A DNA stretch of 64,000 bases from an uncultured Polyangiales bacterium (GCA_964487255.1 CAZAQV010000002.1:211561-275560); one strand, 5' to 3'; positions 43,614 through 53,409 are shown, counted from the first letter of the stretch. Numbers and translations: made by a program. The notes: a model not told the origin generated them from the sequence alone.

Positions 43614-44966
43614 CTATCTGCCGGCAGGCCGGTACGAGTCTTCTTGCGGAAGCAACGGTGCCGCACCACCACCGAACTGGATGGAGAAGTCAGCATAGAT
43701 GCCGTGAAGGCTCATTTCGTAATCGCCGGGCTTGCCGCAAAAGGAGCAGTTTTGCTCTGCAGAAGCAATATCTTCGGGGGTTACGGTCGCTCCGCCGAAG
43801 CGGTACGCGTAGGCGATGTTGGCCTGCCAATCACCAGCATCATATCCACAACCAGCCGTGATCGAGTTGGTGGGCGCAGGCGGCGTACCAAAAGGCGTCG
43901 GGTATGCCTTCTGCGAAGTGCGAGCGTCGAAGATGTACCCAAGACGCAGGGCGAGTTGGCCCTTCTCGAGCAGGCGGGCCTCGGCTCCGAAACGAAGTGT
44001 CACCGCGTCGTCCCAATCGAAGACATTCGCGGGGGCCATCGACTCCCCCATGCCCGGGTTTTCGCTCAGCACCAGAGGACCGGCTTTGCCGGAAATATAG
44101 GAGGCCTCGTTTTGGCTTTGGAAGCCGTACTCGAAGTCGAATGCTGCGCCGAAGCGACCGTAGTCGCCACGAATGCCGGCCGTAAGACGTGCCGGCAAGA
44201 CGAAGGTCGAGCTCAAGTCGGTGGCGTCAAGAGAAAGCGCGCGGCCTTCGTCCGCGGAAATGTCGACTTCTGTCCTGTGTCGGTAGTTTAGGCCAATCGA
44301 AAAATGCTCGCGTTCGGTGGGCAAGCCACGATCGACAGGCGTCCATTGCGCGCCAGCGCGAAAGCTAAACCAGTTAACACCCGTCAGGTTGAACTCGAGG
44401 TTCGGATCGCTGTCTCCGAAGGTTTGCGAGCGGTCGAGCGACATGTACGTGACGCGATAACCGAGTCCGAGTCTGACGCCTTGCGGAAGCTTGAAAGCGA
44501 TGCCTGGTGTTGCCTCGATAAAAACGAGTGTCGTCGAGTCGACCGCTGCGTTACCCTGGAAGTCATATTCGTAGCTCGCGCCCGCTGAAGCGACAGGGAA
44601 GATCGCGAAGCCCGCGCTCATCCATTCGGTGATCGGCACCGCAACACCCACTAAGAACAAAGGTGCGATGGTGGTCTCCGAATCGATGTTGGTGTCCGCT
44701 TGAGGCGAACCCTTCACGCCGCCCACCAGAAGCGAGAAGTCGGCCAGCAAGGTGAGCTTTTCGGACCCGGCGAGACCGGCCGGGTTGTGAAAGAGGGAAG
44801 AAGGGTCGTTGACGTAGCCCACGGCAGTGCCGCCCATTCCCATATGGCGCGCAGAGTAGAGAATCGGCGTGTCGTAGCCGCCTGCCTGTGCAGCGCGCGG
44901 GCTCGAGCCAAACGCGGCGAGCGCGCAGAGAACACTGAGAATGTGAATAATAGCGTGGCGTTGCAT
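43614..44966 (-). CDS. FadL/OmpP1/TodX-family outer membrane transporter
   Basis: A signal peptide is followed by GGYDTPILYSARHMGMGGTAVGYVNDPSSLFHNPAGLA. The rest shows an alternating beta-strand pattern throughout. Confidence 0.75.
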   Translation of the reverse strand: MQRHAIIHILSVLCALAAFGSSPRAAQAGGYDTPILYSARHMGMGGTAVGYVNDPSSLFHNPAGLAGSEKLTLLADFSLLVGGVKGSPQADTNIDSETTIAPLFLVGVAVPITEWMSAGFAIFPVASAGASYEYDFQGNAAVDSTTLVFIEATPGIAFKLPQGVRLGLGYRVTYMSLDRSQTFGDSDPNLEFNLTGVNWFSFRAGAQWTPVDRGLPTEREHFSIGLNYRHRTEVDISADEGRALSLDATDLSSTFVLPARLTAGIRGDYGRFGAAFDFEYGFQSQNEASYISGKAGPLVLSENPGMGESMAPANVFDWDDAVTLRFGAEARLLEKGQLALRLGYIFDARTSQKAYPTPFGTPPAPTNSITAGCGYDAGDWQANIAYAYRFGGATVTPEDIASAEQNCSFCGKPGDYEMSLHGIYADFSIQFGGGAAPLLPQEDSYRPAGR

Positions 44967-45161
44967 GGCGTCGAACCCCCTTATGGATGTGGTGGGAGCT
45001 ACCCGATTGCGCGTGGAGTTTCAACCACCGCACGTGCGCACGCGCATTTTCCAACGTTTCCGCGCGTGAGCGCACCTGCTCGCGGCGCATGACAATCAAG
45101 AGCTGTCCACGGATGACACTTCGGTCCGGCCGAGCCCCATGCTAAGAGTGCGCGCTGAAAC

Positions 45162-46589
45162 ATGCCTCGTACATCCCCGCACTTGTATAAGCGCCAAACG
45201 GTCCGAGCTGACCTGGCATTCCTTTTGATCCTGGCTTTCGTGACGCTGGCGCCCGACGCTGCCCGCGCAAACGATGGCCCGCTCGCCGACCTACCCATTG
45301 TCGTCGAGAAGCTCGACAACGGGTTGACCGTCGTGATGAGCCCGAGCCGCACGATCCCGACGGTTGCCATCGCGGTCTACTACGACGTCGGCTCACGCAA
45401 CGAAGCGCAAGGCCGCTCTGGCTTCGCGCACCTCTTCGAGCACATGATGTTCCAAGGCTCGGCCAATGTGGACAAGGGCGAGCACTTTGCGCTCGTGATG
45501 AACCGAGGCGGCACGATGAACGGCACAACTAGCGTCGACCGCACGAACTACTATGAGACGCTGCCTTCGAACGAACTCGAACTCGGCTTGTGGCTTGAGG
45601 CAGACCGCATGCGGTCGCTGCGCATCAGCGAAGAAAACTTCGAAAATCAACGACAAGTCGTCATGGAAGAGCGACGCCAGAGCTACATGAACCGCCCGTA
45701 CATGCTGAGCATGCTGCGCATCAACGAGCTTGCGTACGGCAAGTACTGGCCCTACGCGCACTCCACCATCGGTGACATGGAGGACCTGCAAAAGGCACCG
45801 CTTTCTGCGGTTCAAGCTTTTTTTGATACCTATTATGCCCCCAACAACGCAGTTCTGAGCGTCGCAGGTGATTTCGAGCCGGCGGAGCTGATGTCCCTTG
45901 CTCGTAAGCATTTTGGCAACATCCCCCCGAGTGTCGTCCCGGAATTTGAGCCCGAGCCGATCAAGCCACAGACACAGGAACAAATCGAAACGATGCAAGA
46001 TTCGCTCGCGAAACTCCCGGCGTTTCATATCGCGTACCACATCCCACCGATACGGACGACAGACCATTACGCGCTGGAGATGCTGGCCGCCGTGCTCGGC
46101 GATGGTGAGTCCTCGCGGCTGTACCAGAAGCTCGTCAAAGAAGAAGAACTCGTCCAGGAGATTCATGTCAACACCGATGACCGGCGCGGTCCGGACCTGT
46201 TTTCGTTCTGGGTCGTCATGGCCGAGGGCAAGAAGGCTGAAGATGCGCGAACGATGATCTTCGAAGAGTTCGAGAAAATCGCAAGTGAGGGCATCACCGA
46301 CCAGGAACTCGAGCGCGTTCGAGCACAAACGCGCGCCTCGTTTGTCTATTCACTCGAATCAAACATGTCGCGCGCCATGCAGCTCGCGGAATTCCAAGTG
46401 TACTTCGGAGATGCGACGCTCTTGCGCGGCGAACCGGCTCGCTACGCCGCGGTCAAAGGCGACGACATCCAACGCGTCGCAAAGAAGTATTTTGCTTCCA
46501 CGAATCGTACGGTGCTCGACGTCGTCCCCGCACCGCCCAAGGCGGACGAAAAGGCTCCGGCCACGCCTGCCAAGAAAGGAAAGAAGTAG
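45162..46589 (+). CDS. M16 (pitrilysin) family zinc peptidase, active subunit
   Basis: The HxxEH zinc motif is in FAHLFEHMMFQGS. NGTTSVDRTNYYE and a downstream Glu (EERRQS) are also present. Confidence 0.9.
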   Translation: MPRTSPHLYKRQTVRADLAFLLILAFVTLAPDAARANDGPLADLPIVVEKLDNGLTVVMSPSRTIPTVAIAVYYDVGSRNEAQGRSGFAHLFEHMMFQGSANVDKGEHFALVMNRGGTMNGTTSVDRTNYYETLPSNELELGLWLEADRMRSLRISEENFENQRQVVMEERRQSYMNRPYMLSMLRINELAYGKYWPYAHSTIGDMEDLQKAPLSAVQAFFDTYYAPNNAVLSVAGDFEPAELMSLARKHFGNIPPSVVPEFEPEPIKPQTQEQIETMQDSLAKLPAFHIAYHIPPIRTTDHYALEMLAAVLGDGESSRLYQKLVKEEELVQEIHVNTDDRRGPDLFSFWVVMAEGKKAEDARTMIFEEFEKIASEGITDQELERVRAQTRASFVYSLESNMSRAMQLAEFQVYFGDATLLRGEPARYAAVKGDDIQRVAKKYFASTNRTVLDVVPAPPKADEKAPATPAKKGKK

Positions 46590-46591
46590 CC

Positions 46592-48187
46592 ATGCGATAC
46601 TCGACCCAAAGCCTTCTGTGCACCTTGGTTTGCGCAACGCTCATCGCCTGCGGCGGTAGCGCAACGGTGAGAACCGACAACGGCAAGGGCGAACCCATCG
46701 TTCGCAGCGACGGCACCGAAGTGCCGCCCGCGGCCATGTCGACACCACCCGAGTCCGCGCCGCCTCGTGACATCAAGTTCCCGCCGATGACGCGCTTCAC
46801 GCTCGACAACGGGCTCGAGGTCAATGTCGTCGAACACAAAGAGCTTCCCGTCGTCCACTTTGGCCTCATGTTCAAAAGTGGCGGCGAGACCGACCCCGCA
46901 CGCTTCGCCGGGCTTTCCGACTTGGTCGCAAAGATGCTCAAAGAGGGCACCAAGAAGCGCTCCGGCGTGGAGCTTGCCGAAGCCGTGGCGCTCCTCGGCG
47001 CAGATCTGTGGACGAGCACAGACAAGGAAAACACCTACGTCACGATGCGTTCGCTGAGCGACAAATTCTCCCCCGCGCTCGAGATTTTGGGTGAGGTGGT
47101 GATGGAGCCGGCGTTCGCCCCCAAAGAGGTCGTCAAACTCCTGCGTCGCGAAAAGGATCGCCTCAAGGTCGAACTCAGCCAACCGAAGTACCTCGCGCGC
47201 CGAGAGGTTGCGCGACAGGCTTTCGGGCAGAAGCACCCCTACGCGGTGACCGACACGACGCTCGATGCACTCGGGCGCGTCAAGCGCACGCACTTTTTCC
47301 AGTGGCGCAGCAAACACTTCGTGCCCAACAACGCTGTGCTGGTGGTGGTCGGAGACGTCAGCACGGACCAGGTCAAAACGGAGGTCGAAAAGATCTTCAA
47401 GAAGTGGAAGAAGAAGACGGTCAAGCCCGTCCGCTACCCAGAGCTGCCCGAGCGTGAGACACGTGAAATCGTGCTTCTGGACGTACCCGAGGCCGAGCAG
47501 TCGATCATTACCATCGTCAACCCGGCCTTCAAAGGCTACCGCAAGAGCGACGAGTTCATTCCGTTCACCGTGGCCAATCAGGTGCTCGGGGGCTCGGCAG
47601 CATCACGCCTATTCATGGACCTGCGAGAAAAGCGCTCACTGACTTACGGTGCGTACAGCTGGATTACCGAAGGTGAGGACCGAAACCTCTTCGCGGCCTA
47701 TGCGCAGGTGCGAAACGAAGTCACCGGCGAAGCCATGGACGCGTTCTTCGAACACCTTGAGCGCATCACGAACGAACCCGCTTCTGAACAAGAGATCGAC
47801 AACGCGCACCGATACTTGAGCGACAGTTTCCCGCTCAAGATCGACACGCCGCGACGCATCCTGAGCATGATCATGGAGCAGCGTTCGCTCGAGCTCGATG
47901 ACGACTACTGGGACAACTATCGCTCGGCCATTCGCGACGTCTCGCAGGAAGAAGCCTTTTCAGCTGCACAAGCGCACATCCACCCGGACAAGGCCTTGGT
48001 CGTGGTGGTGGGACGTGCGGCAGATATTGCGGGCGACCTCAGTAAGTTCGGCACCGTCAAAGTCATCGACAAAGACGGCAAAGTGCAGCGTAAAATCGAA
48101 GCCCAAACCGCCGACGACGAAGGGGCTACCAGCGAACCAAAGGCAGCCAAAGGTGAGAAGGCCGCAAAGAAAGCCGCGGCCGAATAA
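46592..48187 (+). CDS. M16 family peptidase-like protein, probably non-catalytic partner
   Basis: The fold and length match M16 but there is no HxxEH motif. It starts 3 nt after the upstream M16 gene. Confidence 0.8.
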   Translation: MRYSTQSLLCTLVCATLIACGGSATVRTDNGKGEPIVRSDGTEVPPAAMSTPPESAPPRDIKFPPMTRFTLDNGLEVNVVEHKELPVVHFGLMFKSGGETDPARFAGLSDLVAKMLKEGTKKRSGVELAEAVALLGADLWTSTDKENTYVTMRSLSDKFSPALEILGEVVMEPAFAPKEVVKLLRREKDRLKVELSQPKYLARREVARQAFGQKHPYAVTDTTLDALGRVKRTHFFQWRSKHFVPNNAVLVVVGDVSTDQVKTEVEKIFKKWKKKTVKPVRYPELPERETREIVLLDVPEAEQSIITIVNPAFKGYRKSDEFIPFTVANQVLGGSAASRLFMDLREKRSLTYGAYSWITEGEDRNLFAAYAQVRNEVTGEAMDAFFEHLERITNEPASEQEIDNAHRYLSDSFPLKIDTPRRILSMIMEQRSLELDDDYWDNYRSAIRDVSQEEAFSAAQAHIHPDKALVVVVGRAADIAGDLSKFGTVKVIDKDGKVQRKIEAQTADDEGATSEPKAAKGEKAAKKAAAE

Positions 48188-48210
48188 CCGACCCCATTTC
48201 TTGCCATGTC

Positions 48211-48239
48211 AAAAGCCCTCCACCCGGAGGGCTTTTTTG
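48211..48239. terminator. Bidirectional rho-independent terminator
   Basis: AAAAGCCCTCCACCCGGAGGGCTTTTTT has an 8-bp GC-rich stem with an A-run on one side and a T-run on the other. It lies between convergent genes. Confidence 0.75.
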
Positions 48240-48263
48240 TTTACCTGAAAGCGTCGCGTCGGC

Positions 48264-49040
48264 TCAGCTGCAGGTTGCGGTCTTGGGAAGGCACGCGCCG
48301 TCGGCGTTGCACTGATGAATTACGTCCGGATGTGAGCAGTTGGGGTCGTTCTCCGGGCAGTCCGGAATGCACTCGTCACCACACAGTTTGTCCGCGCACG
48401 CATAGCCTTGACTTGGATGACCGCACCAAGCCTCGGTGCAGTACACCGAGCCGTCATCACATCCGCAGCTGTTGCAGCCGTCGGCAGCGCCGAAGCTCTC
48501 ACCATGCTTGTACTCTTTGCCGTAGTAGATGCAGGAGGAGCTGGGCTCGGGCTCGCACAAGAGCTCGGTGCAAGACACTTGACCGTCGTTGCAGCCACAA
48601 CCGTTGCAGCCGTCGGTCGACGGAAAGCCTTCGCCGTCCTGATAGGTCATGCCGTTGTACTCGCACGACGCCGGCGCTGGGCCGCAGTCCAGCTCGGTAC
48701 AGACCACGTCGCCGTCGTTACAGCCACAGCTGTTACAACCATCGGTAGACGCAAACCCCTCTCCGTCTGAATAGACCACGCCATCATAGGTGCAGGTGCC
48801 TGCGCCGCAGTCGGGGTCGGGCGCTTGGCAGAACGCATCACACTGACCGTCGCCATACCAACCTTGTCGGTCGCATAGGTCACAGGGCTCGCCGTAGAGC
48901 AGTCTGCACAGCGCGGCCACGGCCGACGAGTCGGCTTTGCCGTCCATCGCCAGCGAAGCCTTGCTTACGGTCACAGGTTCAGTGGTGGAAGCACAGGCAC
49001 AAAGCGCCAGGCTGAGAAGAAAAAAAGCTTGTGTTTTCAT
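48264..49040 (-). CDS. Cys-rich lipoprotein with three VWFC-like (chordin-type) repeats
   Basis: ATG 49040 gives MKTQAFFLLSLALCACAST. Three repeats of C-x-Y-x-G-x2-Y-x2-GE-x-F-x3-DGCN-x-C-x-C-x-DG-x-V-x-CTE-x2-C are present. Confidence 0.7.
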   Translation of the reverse strand: MKTQAFFLLSLALCACASTTEPVTVSKASLAMDGKADSSAVAALCRLLYGEPCDLCDRQGWYGDGQCDAFCQAPDPDCGAGTCTYDGVVYSDGEGFASTDGCNSCGCNDGDVVCTELDCGPAPASCEYNGMTYQDGEGFPSTDGCNGCGCNDGQVSCTELLCEPEPSSSCIYYGKEYKHGESFGAADGCNSCGCDDGSVYCTEAWCGHPSQGYACADKLCGDECIPDCPENDPNCSHPDVIHQCNADGACLPKTATCS

Positions 49041-49189
49041 GAGGTTTCTCCTTTGCAACGGTTGGTTTTTCGCCACGTGTCCAACGTACTCGCTGAACCC
49101 CCAATTTCAAGCTTCGCAAACACCATACTGTATACGGATGTTTGATTTTTGTATTCTGAAACATGTGATCACGTTGAATCGTAGACTTT

Positions 49190-50071
49190 ATGCTGTATAC
49201 ATTTGGGGTGTTGAAGGAGTTGTACGAATATCGCGATTATCGGGCGTTTCTTCGCGATTTCTACGATCGGGCGAAAAAGAAGCGGGGCTTCTCTTATCGC
49301 GCCTTTTCACGTCGGGCGGGCCTTAGCTCGCCCAACTACCTCAAGTTGGTCATCGAAGGAGACCGCAACTTGTCGGAGAACATGGCGGAGCGCTTTGCGA
49401 CCGCGTGCGGACTCGACGACGAACAGTCGCGCTTTTTCACGACCCTCGTCGAACACAACCAGGCGAAAGACAGTGAGACAAAGCTGCGGGCCGAACAGCG
49501 GCTCTACGAGTTTTCACGCTTTCGCAAAGTCCACCGCATGCGCTCGGAGCTGACGGACTACTACACGACCTGGTACGTGCCAGTCGTGCGGGAGCTGGCC
49601 TCACGCCCGGACTTCGAAGCCGATCCCAAGTGGGTCGCTCGACAGGTTCGCCCGCGAATCAGCGTGAGCCAAGCGCGCAAGGCCTTGGCGATCTTGGAGC
49701 GCACGGGAATGCTCGTCGAAGAGGACGGAAAGTGGACGCAGTCCGACCCGCTTGTGAGCACGCCGCATGAAATCCCGCTCCCTGCGATCGCAGCTTTTCA
49801 CCGCGCGATGATGGACATGGCGTCGCAAGCCATCGACAATGTCGAGCGGGAGGAGCGGGACATCTCGTCGCTGACGATGTGTGTGCCCCGAGCCCAGGTG
49901 CCAGCGATCAAGTCACGTATTCAAGAGTTCCGACGAGAACTGCTCAAGCTCTCTGCGACGGGCGAAAACCCAGAACAGGTCGTGCAGCTCAACATGCAGT
50001 TTTTCCCCCTGTCGAAAGCGCCCGACAACCCACAAGCGGAGAAAGCAAAAGGAGAACCCAGCGATGCTTAG
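49190..50071 (+). CDS. TIGR02147/DUF4423-type putative DNA-binding protein
   Basis: The N-terminus YRDYRAFLRDFYDRAKKKRGFSYRAFSRRAGLSSPNYLKLVIEGDRNLS matches the remembered signature of this family. Confidence 0.6.
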   Translation: MLYTFGVLKELYEYRDYRAFLRDFYDRAKKKRGFSYRAFSRRAGLSSPNYLKLVIEGDRNLSENMAERFATACGLDDEQSRFFTTLVEHNQAKDSETKLRAEQRLYEFSRFRKVHRMRSELTDYYTTWYVPVVRELASRPDFEADPKWVARQVRPRISVSQARKALAILERTGMLVEEDGKWTQSDPLVSTPHEIPLPAIAAFHRAMMDMASQAIDNVEREERDISSLTMCVPRAQVPAIKSRIQEFRRELLKLSATGENPEQVVQLNMQFFPLSKAPDNPQAEKAKGEPSDA

Positions 50072-50723
50072 GTCCACGACATCCGTTCTATTACTCGTTT
50101 GCACGACCGGCTGCATTGGCACCGAGACGGGCAATCCCGTTAAGCCGATGATCGACGCCTCTCGCATTGAGCTCGTGATGCACTCCGACAGTTATGAAGT
50201 GGTTGGTCGGGCCGGCGCTGTATCAGAGGACGGTGAGATCGCGAGTTTCGAGGTCTGGTCGAGCGAAGAGCCGCTACGCAGCCCCGTCAAGCCATCAACA
50301 GGGTTCGCGTTCGAGTTCTTTGGCTCAACGCCCCCATTTCGCGTGTATGCCGAAAACGAAGCCGGTCAAAGCGAGATGCTCGCTCTTGGCACTGAGAACA
50401 CCGCTGAGACCTTCTCTTGTTTCAGCTACGTGGGAGAGTTCGATTTTGAGCTTGGCGTCATTCCCGCGACCGAAGGCGACATTGAGCTCTTGACCCTTCG
50501 TTTCCTGAACATGTGCGGGACGGAGGCCACTCTCGAAAACGTACGACTTCGACTGCAGCAAGACGGCCTGAGCATCCGTGGGCCAGCAGGTCCCACCCCC
50601 GCCACAGAGGCCGCGGTTGTCACCATCGTCGCCAACGCCTCTGTCACAGAGTTCGCCGACATCGTCCTGGTCGGCGATCGAAACGTTGGCTCGATCAGCT
50701 TCCGGGGACGGGTTCAGCGCTAG
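50064..50723 (+). CDS. Hypothetical lipoprotein
   Basis: ATG 50064 overlaps the upstream gene by 8 nt. The N-terminus is MLRSTTSVLLLVCTTGCIGTE (lipobox). Confidence 0.5.
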   Translation: MLRSTTSVLLLVCTTGCIGTETGNPVKPMIDASRIELVMHSDSYEVVGRAGAVSEDGEIASFEVWSSEEPLRSPVKPSTGFAFEFFGSTPPFRVYAENEAGQSEMLALGTENTAETFSCFSYVGEFDFELGVIPATEGDIELLTLRFLNMCGTEATLENVRLRLQQDGLSIRGPAGPTPATEAAVVTIVANASVTEFADIVLVGDRNVGSISFRGRVQR

Positions 50724-50770
50724 GATGTTGCCAATAGCGCCTGGGTTTCATCCGGGCTAGGCTCCGCCCA

Positions 50771-52603
50771 ATGTGCGGAATTGTTGGTTATCTGGGTCCC
50801 GAGGCGAGCGCCCCGATCCTGCTCGACGGCCTGCGTCGACTTGAGTATCGGGGCTACGATTCAGCCGGATTGGCAGTCGTCGCCGATGGCAAGATCGAGA
50901 CGATCCGCGCGGTGGGCAAGCTTCGCAATCTCGAAGCGGCACTTCAGGAGCGCGCCCTACCGGGCACAACGGGCATCGGTCACACCAGGTGGGCAACGCA
51001 TGGTGCGCCCACCGAGGTCAACGCACACCCGCACGCGGTCGGGGACATCGCTGTCGTGCACAACGGCATCATCGAAAACCACATCGAGATCCGCAAACGT
51101 CTGGTCCAAGCCGGCGCAAAGATCCAAAGCGATACCGACACCGAGCTCGTCGCGCACCTGATTCATTTGCGCTGCAGCAAAGGCAGCGGGCTGTTCGATG
51201 CCGTTCGTGAAACACTCTCCGAGCTCGAAGGCGCATACGCGATCGCGGTCGTTTCGACCAAAGCGCCGGACGAGATTGTAGTCGCAAAGAACTCATCGCC
51301 ACTCGTGCTCGGACTCGGCGAAGGTGAAGCCTTTTGCGCAAGCGATATTCCCGCCATCCTTCCTTATACGCGGCAAATGGTCTTTTTGGAGGACGGCGAC
51401 TGTGCCCTTCTGAAACGAGACGGCGTACGTATTGTCGACGGCGACGGAACCGCGGTCGAGCGCGCAGCGCAGCGCATTGACTGGTCCCCAACGATGGCCG
51501 AGAAGGCCGGCTACAAGCACTTCATGCTCAAAGAGATCTTCGAACAGCCTCGGGCCATCGAAGACACCCTTCGGGGCCGACTCGAGCGTGAAGCAGGCAC
51601 GATCAATGGCCTCGAAATCGGTCTGAGCGCGCAAGACGCGAGCGAGATCAAACGCGTCATTTTCGTCGCGTGTGGGACGAGCCACTACGCTTCGATGGTG
51701 GGGCGGCATTTTGTCGAAAGTATCGCGAAGGTACCGGCGACCTGCGAGCTGGCGAGCGAGTTCCGCAACCGCGAACCAGTCGTGGGTCCGGGCGACCTGG
51801 TCATCGCGGTGAGCCAGTCGGGCGAGACGCTGGACACGTTAACGGCAGCCCAAAAGGCAAAGGCAGGCGGCGCGAAGGTTCTAGCCATTGTCAACGTGAT
51901 CGGCAGCGCCATCGCACGAATGGCCGATGCCGCCTTCTATACCCATGCGGGTCCGGAGATCAGCGTGGCGTCGACCAAGTGCTTCAGCGCACAAATGGCG
52001 AACTTCTTGATGTTCGCCATCTGGCTGGGCCAATCGCGCGACACGCTCTCCGGCGATCAAACGCGACAGCTCGTTGAAGACCTTGCGCGCATTCCACAAC
52101 AGATGGACAGCACCCTTGCAAGTGTGCGGCAGGTGTGCGCAAATCTGGCCAAGCGCTACCGCGACGCACGAGACGTGCTCTTTTTGGGACGCGGCTACAA
52201 CTATCCGATCGCGCTTGAGGGCGCGCTCAAACTCAAGGAAATCTCCTACGTGCACGCCGAAGGCTACGCAGCCGGCGAAATGAAGCACGGGCCGATCGCG
52301 CTGATCGACGAGAACGTGCCGGTTTTTGTGATCGCCACCAAAGATTCCTCGTACGAGCGAACACTGAGCAACTTGCAGGAAGCCAAGGCGCGCGAGGCGA
52401 TGGTGATCGGCATCGCGACCGAGGGCGACGAGGACGCGCGCGAGCAGAGCGACGACTTGATCGAGGTCCCCGCGGTGCGCGAGGAGCTCGTGCCCTTTCT
52501 GAGCGTACTGCCGCTCCAGATGTATGCGTACTACGTCGCGGACTTCAAAGGGACGGATGTCGACCAGCCGCGCAACCTCGCCAAGACGGTCACCGTCGAG
52601 TAG
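50771..52603 (+). CDS. glmS: Glutamine--fructose-6-phosphate aminotransferase
   Basis: The N-terminus MCGIVGY carries the catalytic Cys. Two SIS domains follow, and the protein ends ...DVDQPRNLAKTVTVE. Confidence 0.97.
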   Translation: MCGIVGYLGPEASAPILLDGLRRLEYRGYDSAGLAVVADGKIETIRAVGKLRNLEAALQERALPGTTGIGHTRWATHGAPTEVNAHPHAVGDIAVVHNGIIENHIEIRKRLVQAGAKIQSDTDTELVAHLIHLRCSKGSGLFDAVRETLSELEGAYAIAVVSTKAPDEIVVAKNSSPLVLGLGEGEAFCASDIPAILPYTRQMVFLEDGDCALLKRDGVRIVDGDGTAVERAAQRIDWSPTMAEKAGYKHFMLKEIFEQPRAIEDTLRGRLEREAGTINGLEIGLSAQDASEIKRVIFVACGTSHYASMVGRHFVESIAKVPATCELASEFRNREPVVGPGDLVIAVSQSGETLDTLTAAQKAKAGGAKVLAIVNVIGSAIARMADAAFYTHAGPEISVASTKCFSAQMANFLMFAIWLGQSRDTLSGDQTRQLVEDLARIPQQMDSTLASVRQVCANLAKRYRDARDVLFLGRGYNYPIALEGALKLKEISYVHAEGYAAGEMKHGPIALIDENVPVFVIATKDSSYERTLSNLQEAKAREAMVIGIATEGDEDAREQSDDLIEVPAVREELVPFLSVLPLQMYAYYVADFKGTDVDQPRNLAKTVTVE

Positions 52604-52616
52604 GAGAGCTCGATCC

Positions 52617-53315
52617 GTGTACAACGGTAAACGCATCGGCATCGTGGTGCCGGCCTTTAACGAAGAGCTACACATTGCACGTGTGCTTCGGACCCTTCCG
52701 ACTTGGGTCGACCGTATCTGGGTCGTGGACGATGGCTCAACCGATCGCACGACCGAACGCGCATCCGAAGTAGGCGATGCCCGACTCACCATCATTCGCT
52801 TACCCCAGCGTCGGGGCGTGGGCGCGGCCATCGCTGAGGGCTACCGCAGAGCTTTTTCGGCGAACGACCGGGTCGACATCGCGTGTGTGATGGCGGGCGA
52901 CGGGCAGATGGACCCGGCCGACCTGTCGCGCGTCCTCTCCCCGGTCACCTCTGGAAAAGCTGATTACGTCAAAGGCAACCGGTTCGCACATCGGGAGGCA
53001 GACCGGATCCCGCTCGACCGCGCCCTCGGCAACCGGGTTCTCAGCTGGATGACCCGCCAACAAACAGGACTCGCGATCACCGACGCTCAGTGCGGTTATA
53101 CCGCGATCTCTTCCAATGCCGCCCGGATCGTCGATCTGCACACTATCTGGCCTGGCTATGGCTACCCGAACCAGATGTTGGCGCGACTCGCGAAAGCCAA
53201 GCTACGCATCGAGGAGGTGCCAGTGCGTCCGATTTATGCCGGCGAGCGCAGTTACCTACGGCTACACCATGCGCTCTTTGTCGTACCTTGGGTTATCTTG
53301 CGCGGCTCGCGATGA
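52617..53315 (+). CDS. Family 2 glycosyltransferase
   Basis: GTG 52617 gives VYNGKRIGIVVPAFNEE. DDGSTD and GDGQMDP are also present. Confidence 0.8.
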   Translation: MYNGKRIGIVVPAFNEELHIARVLRTLPTWVDRIWVVDDGSTDRTTERASEVGDARLTIIRLPQRRGVGAAIAEGYRRAFSANDRVDIACVMAGDGQMDPADLSRVLSPVTSGKADYVKGNRFAHREADRIPLDRALGNRVLSWMTRQQTGLAITDAQCGYTAISSNAARIVDLHTIWPGYGYPNQMLARLAKAKLRIEEVPVRPIYAGERSYLRLHHALFVVPWVILRGSR

Positions 53316-53316
53316 G

Positions 53317-53379
53317 TCTCATTCGGGCCCCGGCTCCCATTGAGACTGTCTCATTCGGGCCCCGGCTCCCATTGAGACT
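53317..53379 (+). repeat. Tandem pair of identical 31-nt hairpin units
   Basis: TCTCATTCGGGCCCCGGCTCCCATTGAGACT occurs at 53317-53347 and 53349-53379. Each unit can pair AGTCTCA...TGAGACT. The pair begins right after the GT2 stop codon. Confidence 0.85.
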
Positions 53380-53409
53380 ACGAGGTCACTTGTGGCAGTG
53401 GGGTGGACG

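Noticed and set aside
45393-47317. Long minus-strand ORFs (311, 291 and 193 aa)
   Set aside because: They are antisense to the two M16 peptidase genes.
50724-50770. glmS ribozyme upstream of glmS
   Set aside because: Only 47 nt separate glmS from the upstream gene, which is too short for the ribozyme. That element is characteristic of Gram-positive lineages.
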